Assembly (NCBI GenBank): GCA_950097015.1
Contig: CATNEN010000007.1
Location: 6,510,001 to 6,574,000, forward strand
Length of the DNA stretch: 64,000 nt
Direction: 5' to 3'
Origin: Macrostomum hystrix
Taxonomy: Eukaryota > Animalia > Platyhelminthes
A model generated the notes under the pieces. That model was not told where the DNA came from. It saw only the letters and a program-made list of their open reading frames with translations, and did no database searches. Positions 1-12,400 of the stretch are shown one piece after another (within the stretch, counting starts at the first letter, position 1; each line of letters begins with the position of its first letter). The translations under genes were made by a program, and so were the position numbers.

Positions 1-511
1 GCTCTACTCAGGTAGAGAGGTCGGCGGGGGTCGTCGCAAAGCGTCCATAGCAACAGCTAGCCCGAGGGGGCAGCAGAAGCAGCTACGGAGTGTGTTGCGA
101 AGCAGAGAAAAAAGTGAAAAGTGAGTTAGTGCGCGCATTAAGCGTGTGAGGTCTATCTTGAGCACAGCAAGATGTCTGGCAAAGGCTGCTGCAAAGAAAG
201 GACAAGAAAATAACTGCATCTTATTTTCTTCTGCGCAAATTCAAAACAAAGCCGCTGTGCAGACTGACACGCCTGCTTTTGCAGAAAAAACTGCGATTGT
301 AAAGATAAATATCAGCAGTGTCAGATGAGTCTAAATCTCGTGGGAATTAAACGTGTTTCCAACTTAAATCGCTTGTTGTTCATCGCTCGCCTTTTTACAA
401 TCGTGTGAACTCCGTGTCTCATGAAGAAAATGCGGAAAATATTTAGAGTCAGGGTGAAATTGAGATGAGTGGCGATGATGTTGATATTTTATCAGAGTTG
501 TATCGGCTCAC

Positions 512-2332
512 CTTCAGCGAGCGCGATTTGGCAGCGTTGAGGACACCCAGCACCTGCTTGACATCGGCCGACTTGAGCTGGTCCAACAGGTAGTTGAACT
601 TGGCCATGCGCCGCTTCCAGTACTCCAGCTCGGCGCGCGGACCAACATTGTCGGCCTCGCGACGAATCTGCTCGGTCTCGGCCAGCACCTGCTCGATCTG
701 CTTCATCCAGCCGGCGGCGCAGTCCTCGATGGCCACCAGGCTCTCGGCGTGCGACGCCGCCACGCTCAGGTCGGTCACCGTCTTCAGGCGGCGCAGGTCG
801 TAGCCTGAGCACGGCTTCAGCACGACCTTATCGTTGATGGTGTCTTGCGCGCCTGCAGATGGGAAAACAGAGTTTTGTTCCCCACTGAATTTCAAGTCTT
901 TCAGTCCAAGAAGCGCAGAAATAAAAGTGCAATCAAATGACTCACTGTTGAGCATGCCGACAAAGCTCTCCAGACTGTTGAGAAAATTCTGCTTGGCCTG
1001 CTCCTGACTCTCCAGCTGGCCCCAGCCGCCTTGAAGCTCGCGCAGCTGCGGTACCAGCAGCTGTGAGAGGATCTGCTCGATTCCGCGCAGCACGCCGTCC
1101 GAGCCGTCGATGCTCAGAAAGTTGACCTCCTTGGCGATGTTGGCCTCGGTGATGGCCGTCTGGCAGCTGGACCGCATGAACACTGCGCACGGGCCTTTGA
1201 TGGGCGCCGAGCTGCCGTCGGAGACGAAGATGCGGGGCTTCTGGGCCCGCATCGACTTCGTGCCCGGCTGGCCGATGCGGATGTGGTCGGCTGTGAGGTG
1301 AGGTGAGCTGGACTTGCTCAAGTTCCTTGCATTCTCTGCCTATGCTTAACTTTTTTTTCTCATGGGTTCTCAAGCAATACCACATGACCGCATCACAATA
1401 CCATTCAACTGGAACATGAGTCCAGGATCAGTTTGGATTTTTTACAAATAAAACTATTCTAGCTATAAAATACTAGAAGCAGAAAGCATTAGGACTCAAT
1501 CAGCTATAGCTTGTATTGCTGTAATAAGACAGTTTAGGCTCTAAATTTTAACTACCTTGCTCGTCAAAATATGAAAAATACACATATGCTCATCAGGTGT
1601 AGTAGCTTTCACGAACCCCACTGCATAAATATACGAGTAGATAGGTACAAAGCAAAGCAAGTGTTTGAGATCATTGAGTTCAAGTCAAATTGGTGCGAGT
1701 GATTCAGCAGGGAAGCAGAAATTACACCGGAAAAATGTAAGTGATCAATTCAGCTGACACGCAGTGAAACAAAGTTCGTTGATTGTTAGGGCAGTAATTT
1801 TTTTAATGCAGTAAAAATCCGCGTAGCATAAATGTTGACGAAAAATAGAGAATTTATTATTCCACCTGTGACCTCGAGCTTTGTAATTCTACCTGTGGAG
1901 TAGAACTCTGGTGAGTCCTCTGGGCCGGACTTGCCCGCCGCCGCGCGCTGCCTCTGAGACCGGTGGCGCTGCTCTGAGGCGGGATTCGCCGAGAAAGTTT
2001 TTTTCGCACGTCGAGTAAGCGTATTAATAAACGTAAATTTAAATCGGCGCGCTTTTTTGTTGATCCCAAATTTCAAACAAAATTTTCCAACTAGAATAAA
2101 GTAACTCACGGGCCTCCTTCTCCAGGTCCGGCTCCTGGTAGTGCACGAAGATTTTGCACGGCCCGTCAACTGCGAAGAAGTGCTCCATCTGGTCGACACT
2201 GTTGCCATCCAGGATGCCGTCCTCGACCTCGGATCGGTCCAGGCAGTAGAAATCGGCCACCTGGGCCAGGAGGTGGTGATGCCGGTCATCCAGCTGGTTG
2301 CGCTTCGCCTCTCGCTCTTCTTTGAGTTTTTG
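512..2332 (-). CDS. DNAH5: Axonemal outer-arm dynein heavy chain (DNAH5/DNAH8-like), 5' coding exons ~2332-2110, 1290-946, 852-512; first exon not located, gene continues off the left edge
   Basis: Peptides QKLKEEREAKRNQLDDRHHHLLAQVA..EVEDGILDGN and VLAETEQIRREADNVGPRAELEYWKRRMAKFNYLLDQLK resemble, from memory, the DNAH5 N-terminus/DHC_N1 region. Canonical AG/GT sites bound each exon. Confidence 0.85.
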
Positions 2333-2665
2333 CTACAAAGCGGGACACGTGGAATCCTTTGTTCGATTGGGTGTTTGAGAAACAAAGGTTTAAAAAATCT
2401 CTAGTCTCTAGAAATATTGAACTAACTTTGCGCAGAAGCATTTCAGCCGGGGAGTAGCTGCGGTGTCCCAGAGAAAGGATCACCAACTATTTGGTTGAGC
2501 TGTCTTTGATTTAGATTCCTGTTAAACAAAACTATTGCCGAGTCTGTGCGGCAGTTTGACTCTGATTAGCCTGTCTTGTGCTTCGAACAATTTATTCGCG
2601 CGAATATGTATAGCGTCTTCCCCTCTCAAGCCACCCAGGCTGCCTGCCCCCGCCCCCGTCCCCTG

Positions 2666-2680
2666 GTTTCCAGGGGCAAC
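2666..2680. promoter_or_regulatory. RFX X-box (GTTTCCAGGGGCAAC) upstream of the dynein gene
   Basis: Matches the GTNNCC-N(1-3)-RGYAAC X-box consensus typical of ciliary gene promoters. It lies ~330 bp 5' of the first identified dynein exon, next to a GC box (CCCCGCCCC). Confidence 0.55.
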
Positions 2681-5600
2681 GCCGCTGCCACGAAGTCTGG
2701 CGCTGCACTGGGGGGAGGGTCGCCAGCCAGCGAGTGTCATGGCTCTGGAAAGCAGTTTGACGGGCCTGATGGCTTGCGGAAAGCGAAAGTCCCGCGGAGT
2801 CACAGATTAAGAGCCAAAGCGGTAGGTAGAGAAAGACAGAAATTAAAGAGATTCTCGAACTGGCAGGTGTGAGCGCGGCATGCTGCTTAGGCAAATAATT
2901 AAGACCCAATAAGAAAGCGCCCAGACTGTCTGGCAGACATTGGATGTCGATTGCTGAGTTGCATTTACCGACTGCGCCAGGCGACTATGCAATGGCTTTT
3001 CTTATTTGTCTACCATTCAGAGACAATCAGGGCCGGCCTGCATATTTCTTACTCGTTTCTCTGCTTTTTAGCCAATTAAAAGCAATGATTGCAGTGTTAT
3101 TGGCATGTTTCTACTGTCAAATGGTTGAAGTTTGGCATGCCTGACCTTTCTACTATAACAAATCTAAAGTTTATAGCACAACAAGCACTTTCTCTACTAG
3201 CTATAAACAATGAAGTTTAAAACGCACAATAAATATTTCGGGTTGTAAAGAACGCGAATTTGTCTTTGCTGCAAGAAGCTAGTTTTCACGCTCAGCATAC
3301 TGCAGAATAGTAATAATATTAGTATACTCGTATTACTAGTAGAAAGTACCTGCGCACTGCGCAGGCCTTCTGACCTAACATTTAATTCAATTGGAAGCCA
3401 GAAAAGGTACACACACATATGTACATTGATTGGCTTGCATTCATTTTAGCCTATAGCACAAGGGTAAGAGAGAATGCATTGGGCACTGATGCAATCTAAT
3501 AAAATGCCAAATTTTTAGCAAGCCAGAGCAGCCAAGCAGGTTTGACCTTTAAAAAACTCGGCCAAAAAAATGATGTTTTTCGAATATTTAATCCCTTTGG
3601 AACGAAGCAATTTCAACCAAAAAAGTTGTGTACCGTTTCCAGGAAATTTCCAATATATAGATTGGTGCCACTAGACCCACAGCCAGCGAAGAGGCAATTC
3701 TGCCAATTTCGCTGACTTGATTGACTTCCTGAGCACACACGCACACAGATACTGTACGCAGGCACACGCTCACACAGGTGTGTACATCTGCCCTGACTTT
3801 CTCATCGTCGAACAGTTTACACTTCACTGTGCCTTGGAGGTCGGCCCTCAGGGGCGTAAATTGCACGACAAGCCCCAAGTCTTCTCTCTACGCCTGTTTC
3901 CAATGTGGCCTCACCACGGAATAGAGCTCAAGGACTTCGCGAGAGGCAAACGCGCTAACCACACTCCACAGTGTACTCCAGAAATTAATGAGCAATTTCA
4001 AGCCACTGACATTTGCTTAATTTTTTGAAAAATCCTTTAAAAATTGATAAAACTGTTTAGACATTTAATCAGATTTTTGTAAACTTTCAACTTCTCATTT
4101 TGATTAATACAAGACTATTAATTGCATATAAAAATGATTCTGTATACTACTTTCACTATGGCTAACACTCTTAATAATAATATAATAGAGAATTAGCTAT
4201 TTTACAAGAAAAAGCCCACTGTATATTAATAAATAATAGACTTGAATTCAAGTTATTTTTCTATGTAAAGAGCAGTAAAGTAAAAACTATCCTCCAAATA
4301 CACTTCATATGTTAAGCAACATGCTAAACTTTGGAAATTACACGAGTTGTACTGTCTAATATATATATACATATAATCCATCAATATTTTTTAACTAAGT
4401 CGTCATTTTTTGTTTTACATTTTTTGTTTTCGGTAAGGGAAATTATATTACTCTATCAAAATCTATACTGGATCAACACTATTAAACAATGAAATAAATA
4501 TTTCACCATGCCCACATTTGTCATGATCATGAAATAAACCCAGTAATACCAGTGTATTTTAACATAACCTTGTTAGCTCTGAATAAAAGTTTGAATCATG
4601 GACTCGCGCACCAACTCTCACAGATATACTAAAGTACCTCGTATTCCAAATAAAGGTCAATTTTTGGATATTTTTTGTTTAATCAATAGAATTTATTTTG
4701 GAGACTCGACTTCCATAGGAGAAAAAGTTTACTAATTATATTTCCTCATATTTTATGCTTAAGTATAAGTTAATGTAACTTATATTTTAGCAAGAAAAGA
4801 TTAATCATACCTGTTTTTCCTTTATGTTTTCTCCAGACGTTAAAACTGAAACCCGTGCCTTGGTCTTCTGGGCACTGGTTGTACGCCTCCCTTGTTCTGG
4901 ATCCCCAGGCATCTTTGTACTCTAGGGCAGGTACATGTTTTAAAATGTATATATTTAGACTCCTGAATTATTAATGACGTTAAATTTGCCAGCTAGAAGT
5001 TGAGTGTTAAGTTATGTGCAATTCGTGAGACAGGGCTCCATGGTAGCAATTAGTAAAACGAAGATGATAGCTTAGAGCTCTATGAATGATTTAAATGCTG
5101 GTTTACTAATTTTTCAAATTATATAACAACTTTCTTATGCTATAATAATAAGAAAGTAGATAAGAAATTGTACTTTAAACACCGTTGTACTGTACGTGCC
5201 AACGACCAGAAGAAGAAGAATTTTCTTCTTAATGAAAAGAATCATCATCTTCTTCTAGTTGTCCTTGGTATGTGCATGTGTGCAATAACATCTCTATACT
5301 ACCACTATTGTTAATGAACTTTGTTGTTCATTATTATTTAATAACGGCCAGATTAGGAATTTGTTCTCAATAGGATGATATAGTTGTGTTGCCATGTAGA
5401 CAACATTCAAGCATTCAAGCATCGCTGAGATCACGGTTGACAAGGAAAGGTTAAATTGTTCCAAGCAGATTGCTGCTTAACACAAGCAAAACATATTGAA
5501 TGTTTTATATTTCCTGCATCGGACATGAGCAGTTCACTTCATCTTATACATCCTGTCTATTTGATGTGCTCATGTACCTCTTACCGTCTAACTTAAAATA

Positions 5601-6440
5601 ATTTTTCTACGAGTATAAATTAATTACATCTTTCGATAGCATTAGAAATTCGATGACAATAATAACTTTAATAAAACCTTGCTATATTGTATTGATGTTA
5701 AGTCAGTTTGTGACCTCAAAAGAGCACAATATGCACAATAACAAAACTTTTCTGCATCACATAACTTATATAGCAGTAGAAATAAATTCGCAGTGCACCA
5801 AAATGTTTCAAACCCAGTTTGCATTTCCGTAGAACAATTAGTGCAATCTAGTACAATATGCTGCATTAGTTGCCATTTTGGCTCAACGATATCGCTTGCA
5901 TGCATATACCACCAATCGTAGAACTTTGAACTACGATACGGAGAAAATTCCATTTCCATTGCAATATAGTTGCGGCGGTGATGAACGAAACTGCAATAGC
6001 CTGTGCTGTGATGGCCTGAGCCTTTAAGATCAATTCAATTGATAATAGGAGGTGCAGATAGTGGTCTGTGCGCCAGCCAAATGAATCTAAGATGGCGAAT
6101 GCCATGAAGAACATCATGACTTGCACGCATTGACGAAAGCATGCAGCATGCAGCTTTTTAGCGAAGTTCTTGACGTTTAAGCTCAAAGCCTGCACCGAAT
6201 AAGTTTAAATGGTGTCAGTTCAAATGCTATTGTAAAACAAGGCTTGGGTCATTAAATGTACTTTTCTCTAAACTAAATAGATCTTATCTTCGCGCAGTCT
6301 CTCAGCTTGTGGCCTTCAAACATTGAATATTTAATCGCTTAACACTCGAGACTATAATTGCTAAAAGAGGCTAGCGAAAGTCCAGCGTGTGTTCAAAGCC
6401 TGGCCATGCAAAGTAATCATCTGTGGCGGATAAACTCGAC

Positions 6441-9400
6441 ATGACCTCAACAACTGCACTAAGAGAGGCGGCGAGGTGGCCATGGCTGCAGCCGATCGCT
6501 GGCCATCTTCTGCTTTTAGCCATTGCGGCGTGCAGCTATACCTGTGAGTGGCTCCCTCTTATGATTTCGACTCAAGTGACTTTGAGAATAGTTAGAAAAA
6601 ATTAACTGCGATTCCGCGACTCAAGTAGACTCATGCAGTTTCATTCTGCCCTCTCTTAGGAGAAGAAGAAATATAAATTGCGGGCCCTGTGTTACCTCAC
6701 TTTTCATGGGCCCGGGCCGACCGCTGCCGCTGCTGCTGCTGCTGTTGCTGTTTGCTGCTATAGTTGCATTTACTCCTTAAGCTGTTTTTCCGTTGCTAAA
6801 CTACTAAGCGCTGCTTTGGCCACAGCCCTCGGTCCTCTCTCCACTCTCTCTCTATCAGCCGGGCCACACAGCACAGCCTGCTCGGGCCCAACATGTCCAG
6901 AATCTGGCTCAGTGCAAGCCAAGGCTATTGCTGTTGCTAGCTATGGCTCGGGGAGCTGGGCAGAGGGAACCGGACCGGAAAAAAAGGGGGCTGGGAGAGG
7001 AGAGGAGAGGAGAGGACGCTGCTGCACAGCCTCCGTTCATGAATGGCGGCTCCAAGCAGCAGCAGCAGCAGCAGCAGTTAGTAACCCAAGGTCATACAGC
7101 AACTCGGGTGAACTGATTTTCAAACCTTCATATCCTAATTTTCTGTTCTGTGATCCAAGAGTTTAACGAAACAAATGATTATTTTATCAAACTCCTAAGC
7201 TATTACCGCCACTGTGATCGAAGACCTTTACTAAAACTGTTCGACCAGTCTGGGAGTACAGAAAAAAACTATTTGACCGCCCCATTCTGCACCTGCAACC
7301 GCAAGGCGAGAGGCCATGGAGTGTAGGTGCAGGTGCTCATACACTGGCATTGACCCGCTGATCCCAGTGCACTTCCCGCCCAGCTGACTAACTCTATCGG
7401 TTATAGGGAACACAATGTGCGGAACTATTGTGAATGTGGCTCGCTTTGGAAGATTGTAAACTGTTGTAAATTGTAAACATGAGAGAATGGGAAAGAGTGG
7501 GTGAGACTGTTTGTGAGCTAATTTGCCTGCTATAGCACGCGGTATTGTAGGTAAACGGGAGAAAGAAGAGATGCCCCACAGCCACTGATCCCCCAAATCT
7601 ACTGATCCCCCAAATCTACAGATCCACCAAATCTACAGATCCCCCAAATCTACAGATCCACCAAATCTATACAGATCCGCCAAATCTACATATCCCCAAA
7701 ATTTACAGATCCCCCCAAATCTACTGATCCCCCAAATCCACTGATCCCCCAAATCTACAGATCCACCAAATCTACAGATCCGCCAAATCTACAGATCCCC
7801 AAAATCTACAGATCCCCCCAAATCTACAGATCCTTCAAACCTACGAATCCCAAAAATCTACCAATCTTCCAAATCTTCTGCTGATCCCAAAATGTACCGA
7901 TCCCAAAATCTACTGATCCCAAAAATGTACCGATTTCAGATAATCTAATGATCCCACGAGTCCCACTAGTCTACCGATTTTCCAAATCTACTGATCCCAA
8001 AATCTACTGATTCCCAAAAATCTTCTATCAATCCCTAGATCTCTCAAAATGCCAGTTCTCCCCAGTCAGCCGTCTGACCAACTCTCTGACCCACTCCCAC
8101 CCCACCACTCGGCACTCGCAGCGTCGGCGATGATCATCGATCCAGCGGCTGGCGGAGTCGCCTTCCTGGCCGAGCCGCCCGCCACTTTCCTTGTGAGCTC
8201 GCCGGCTGCCACCAGCGTGAACTGCAGCCTGCTGGTTCAGGAGCACGGCCTTCGCCTGCGCTGGCGCTACGAAGAGATCGACCTGTCTGGCGGCGTCGGT
8301 GCCTCCGCCAGCATCGCCGCTTCGAATTACGTCGGCACAGACGCGTCGGCGGCGTCTAGCGCTGTTGGGCCGCCGTTCTACGACGCCGGCAACGGCCAGC
8401 TGGTGTTTCTGGCCGGCAGCAACGACGCCGACTTCGTTGCCAACGGCCTGCCGAAGTACAAGCTCTACTGCGAAGCTCGCACCAGCGGCGGGGTCGTTCG
8501 GTCCAGAATGCTTCAACCGAAGAAAGGTTTGCACTTTTATTATAACAAACCCCCCAACCCCTAGCCCGACACAGACCGATTTGGGCTGGCGAAGAGAAAC
8601 AACACCCCAAGCCCGGCACAGACCTGCTTGGGGTGGGGCAGACAAACAACACCCCAAGCCCGGCACAGACCTGTTTGGGGTGGGGCAGACAAACAACACC
8701 CCAAGCCCGGCACAGACCTGTTTGGGGTGGGGCAGACAATCAACCCCCAGCCAGGCACATACGGGTTTGGGGTGGGACAGACAAACAACCTCCAGCCTGG
8801 CACATACGGGTTTGGGGTGGGGCAGACAAACAACCTCCAGCCTGGCACATACGGGTTTGGGGTGGGGCAGACAAACAGCGCCCCAGCCAATCAGACGTTA
8901 GAAGGTCGCATGTACTGATAGGGTGGCGTGAGCCACGTACACAATAATGTCTCCGAAAGATTCTTAGAAATTCCGCGATTCACTAGTGCTCAAGAGAAGA
9001 AAGAGTGCAACTTCTCTGAGAAATTAAGCCTTCTCGCAGTGCAGTACTGGACCCGAGAAGAAGAAGGGAAATGGAAGACTGTGCAACAGACGACAAATTA
9101 AAGAGAGGGAGAATGAAAGGGGGTGACGGCGGGTCATCTCCATCCAAGTGTGTAATTCGGAATACTTTTGTAAATGTAAGATTGGATTGTAAATCTAATT
9201 CCAATCCCTGCCGTATCGGAGTCTGCTCATAGCCCCAGACTGTTCTGTAGAAATTGAAAGCTTGTGTGGAGAATTTTGAGTTGCTACGCACTCATTCGCG
9301 TTTTCACATCCAGAGGAGTGAGCGCGACATATTTTAATTGTTCTGCTGGGCATTTCTGTTAGTTAATTTCGCATTTAGAATTTACATTTGGCGCCTGTGT

Positions 9401-12400
9401 CAGCACGTGACGTGACTGTGAAGAAGAATTTGTGCTTATAGTCTGATGTAGTATTGCCAAGCGCTGTGTAGTCTTAGTAAGTCGTATAACGTTTAGTATT
9501 TGTATTAAACGATCTATAGTTAATATTTCTGCATATAGAATTTCTTCTGCTCCTCTTCCTTCTGCTCCTCCCCTTCTGCTCCTCCCCTTCTGCTCCTCCC
9601 CCTTCTGCTCCTCCCCTTCTGCTCCTCCCCTTCTGCTCCTCCCCCTTCTGCTCCTCCCCTTCTGCTCCTCCCCCTTCTGCTCCTCCCCTTCTGCTCCTCC
9701 CCCTTCTGCTCCTCCCCTTCTTCTCCTCCCCCTTCTGCTCCTCCCCCTTCTGCTCCTCCCCCTTCTGCTCCTCCCCCTTCTTCTCCTCCCCCTTCTTCTC
9801 CTCCCCCTTCTGCTCCTCCCCTTCTGCTCCTCCCCCTTCTGCTCCTCCCCCTTCTGCTCCTCCCCCTTCTTCTCCTCCCCCTTCTGCTCCTCCCCCTTCT
9901 GCTCCTCCCCCTTCTTCTCCTCCCCCTTCTGCTCCTCCCCCTTCTGCTCCTCCCCCTTCTGCTCCTCCCCACCTTCTCCTTCTCCCTCTCTCATCTCCGC
10001 CACGTCTCTCTCACCCTGCCGTAGCCTCACTGCCTCACAGTCACTCGCTGGTAAGTTGCCATTCTTACCTTTGAGATGAACCATTTCCTATTCTCCATGC
10101 ATAAAACGCATTGCCAAAATTGCGGCAACAATAAGTGCATCCAGTTTCATCCCCCCGGGGCTGAAACTTCCCTGCGGCCTCCTCTCTGTTTTCTTCTCCA
10201 CCTCGATCTGAATCACTTCTGCTATTCTTCGCAGTTGCAGGTGCGCGGAGAGTTGGGGCGCAGAGCGACTGGCTCGGTGCCAACTTAATTTTTTAACTGC
10301 GTGTCACCGGGTCAAACTTTTCCTTAAAAGATGTAATCCTGGTCAAAGCTAAGACTTTAGTATGACTTTTTGCGGCTTTGCAATGCAGCTATCTACTGCA
10401 GGCAAACGACAATTTCAAATTTAGCTCAGTTTAATGTGCTTTTGGCCCTGCCTCTTAACACCTCCAATGGGAACTAGCTCAGGCTTAATTTCATACCAAA
10501 CACTTTCAGTCTCTATTTTCTGTCTCCATTATTCCCTTTTTAATCTCTCATCTTCCCTCTATCCTTCTCCCTCCTTCAATCTCTGTCTCTTCCTCTCCCT
10601 CTCGCCTCTCTCTCCTCCCTCTCTCTCTCCTCTCCCTCTCTCCCCTCTCTCCTCTCCCTCTCTCCCCTCTCTCTCTCCTCTCCCTCTCTCCTCTCCCTCT
10701 CTCCCCTCTCTCTCCTCTCCCTCTCTCCCCTCTCTCCTCTCCCCCTCTCCCCCTCTCCCTCTCTAACCTCTCTCCCCCTCCCTCTCTAACCTCTCTTCCC
10801 TTCTCCCTCTCTAACCTCTCTCCCCCTCTCCCTCTCTCCCCCTCTCCCTCTTTCCCCCTCTCCCCCTCTCCCTCTCTCACCCTCTCCCTCTCTAACCTCT
10901 CTCCATTTATCTCTGATTTCTTTTTCTCTAAACTTTCTCTCTAGCCGCCAGTCCTTTCATGTTCCGGCACACTTTGATGTTAGCATGCGAATTCACAGCC
11001 GGCAGTGTACGCACAGCTCTGTGCAGCTGAGATTGTCCAAAATGGTAGGTACTGGCAGTGCCAGCCAAGCAAGCCTTATTTATGCTATACGCAGCGGAGT
11101 GAAGAAACGCAGAAAACGTCATTGCCAATGTTTAGCTACAGTACACACTGCATGTATATGGCTTATGGCTCACAAGGGTTAGCGATATTGAGTTACGAAC
11201 CGATGCATCTCTACTGGCTTTCAAGCCATGGGGTGGGACTGAGGCAGACATGCTCGCATGAGAATCAATGCGGAACTAAGCAATGTGAATCAGATTGGCC
11301 AACACGATTCCCGTGCCCGCAGTGAGCACCTTGCGCACCTGCAAGCCGGTGCTGAACTGTTTCAGCGGCCATCTAAACGGCTCTGTGGTTTGCCAGCTGC
11401 AGACCGACCCCAACCTGCAGCGGCTCAGCGACAACTTCAAAATCGACTACTTCCGGGAGCCTCTGGCTGCTGACGATCGCTGCAGCAACAGCAACCAGGA
11501 GCTGCTGGTGTACAACCCGGCCAGGCCCAAGTACGCCACCTTCAACGCCGAGCGTGGCCAGCTGCACGTGATGTCGCTGAACCAATCAGATACCAGGTAC
11601 TGCTACCGGGCCAGGATCTCCCTGCTGGACTCGGCGAATCGCGAGGTCTACTGGAACATGTCGGAGCCCAGGCCCGTGCGAATCATCGAGTCTGTTGTCA
11701 GCCGGATTGAGGTCAGCCGGACCGAGGTGTCCTACAACTATCGCGACGGACTCAGTGTGCTGCTGCCCTGCTACGCTGGTGGCACAAGCCGCGGCGGCGC
11801 CGGCTACAGCTGGCGCAAGGACGGCGTCCCGCTGCCAGTTGGCGCGCCCGGCACCAACCAGAAGTACAACTACCTGGATGCCAATTCTGGCAACCTGCGG
11901 CTGCGCGTCGATGGACGGAATGACTCGGGCAGCTATGAGTGCCAACACAATGACCATACTGTGCAATATGCCACCCTGCACCTTTACAGTGAGGACGGGA
12001 GACTGAAGATCGGCTTGCTCAGTTTAAATCCTATTCTCCACCTTGCCTCTGCCTCTCACCTTCCTCTGCCTCTCACCTTCCTCTGCCTCTCACCTTCCTC
12101 TGCCTCTCACCTTCCTCTGCCTCTCACCTTCCTCTGCCTCTCACCTTCCTCTGCCTCTCACCTTCCTCTGCCTCTCACCTTCCTCTGCCTCTCACCTTCC
12201 TCTGCCTCTCACCTTCCTCTGCCTCTCTGCTCTGAGATGTACTTATTTTGCACGCCCTAAGCGGCTGTCGTTCCCGCTCTCCCACCCACCCAGAGCCGCT
12301 GGAGGCGCACCTGCCAGTGCTGCAGGTGAGCGTGGATCACAATGCCAGCCTGTTATTGAACTGCACTGTCCGCGGCTGGCCGCTGAGCCGCATCTTCTGG

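Noticed and set aside
5642-6195. Minus-strand ORFs 5642-5959 / 5866-6195 (and duplicates at 44422-44906) as a gene
   Set aside because: No recognisable domain. Their conservation is explained by the recent duplication.
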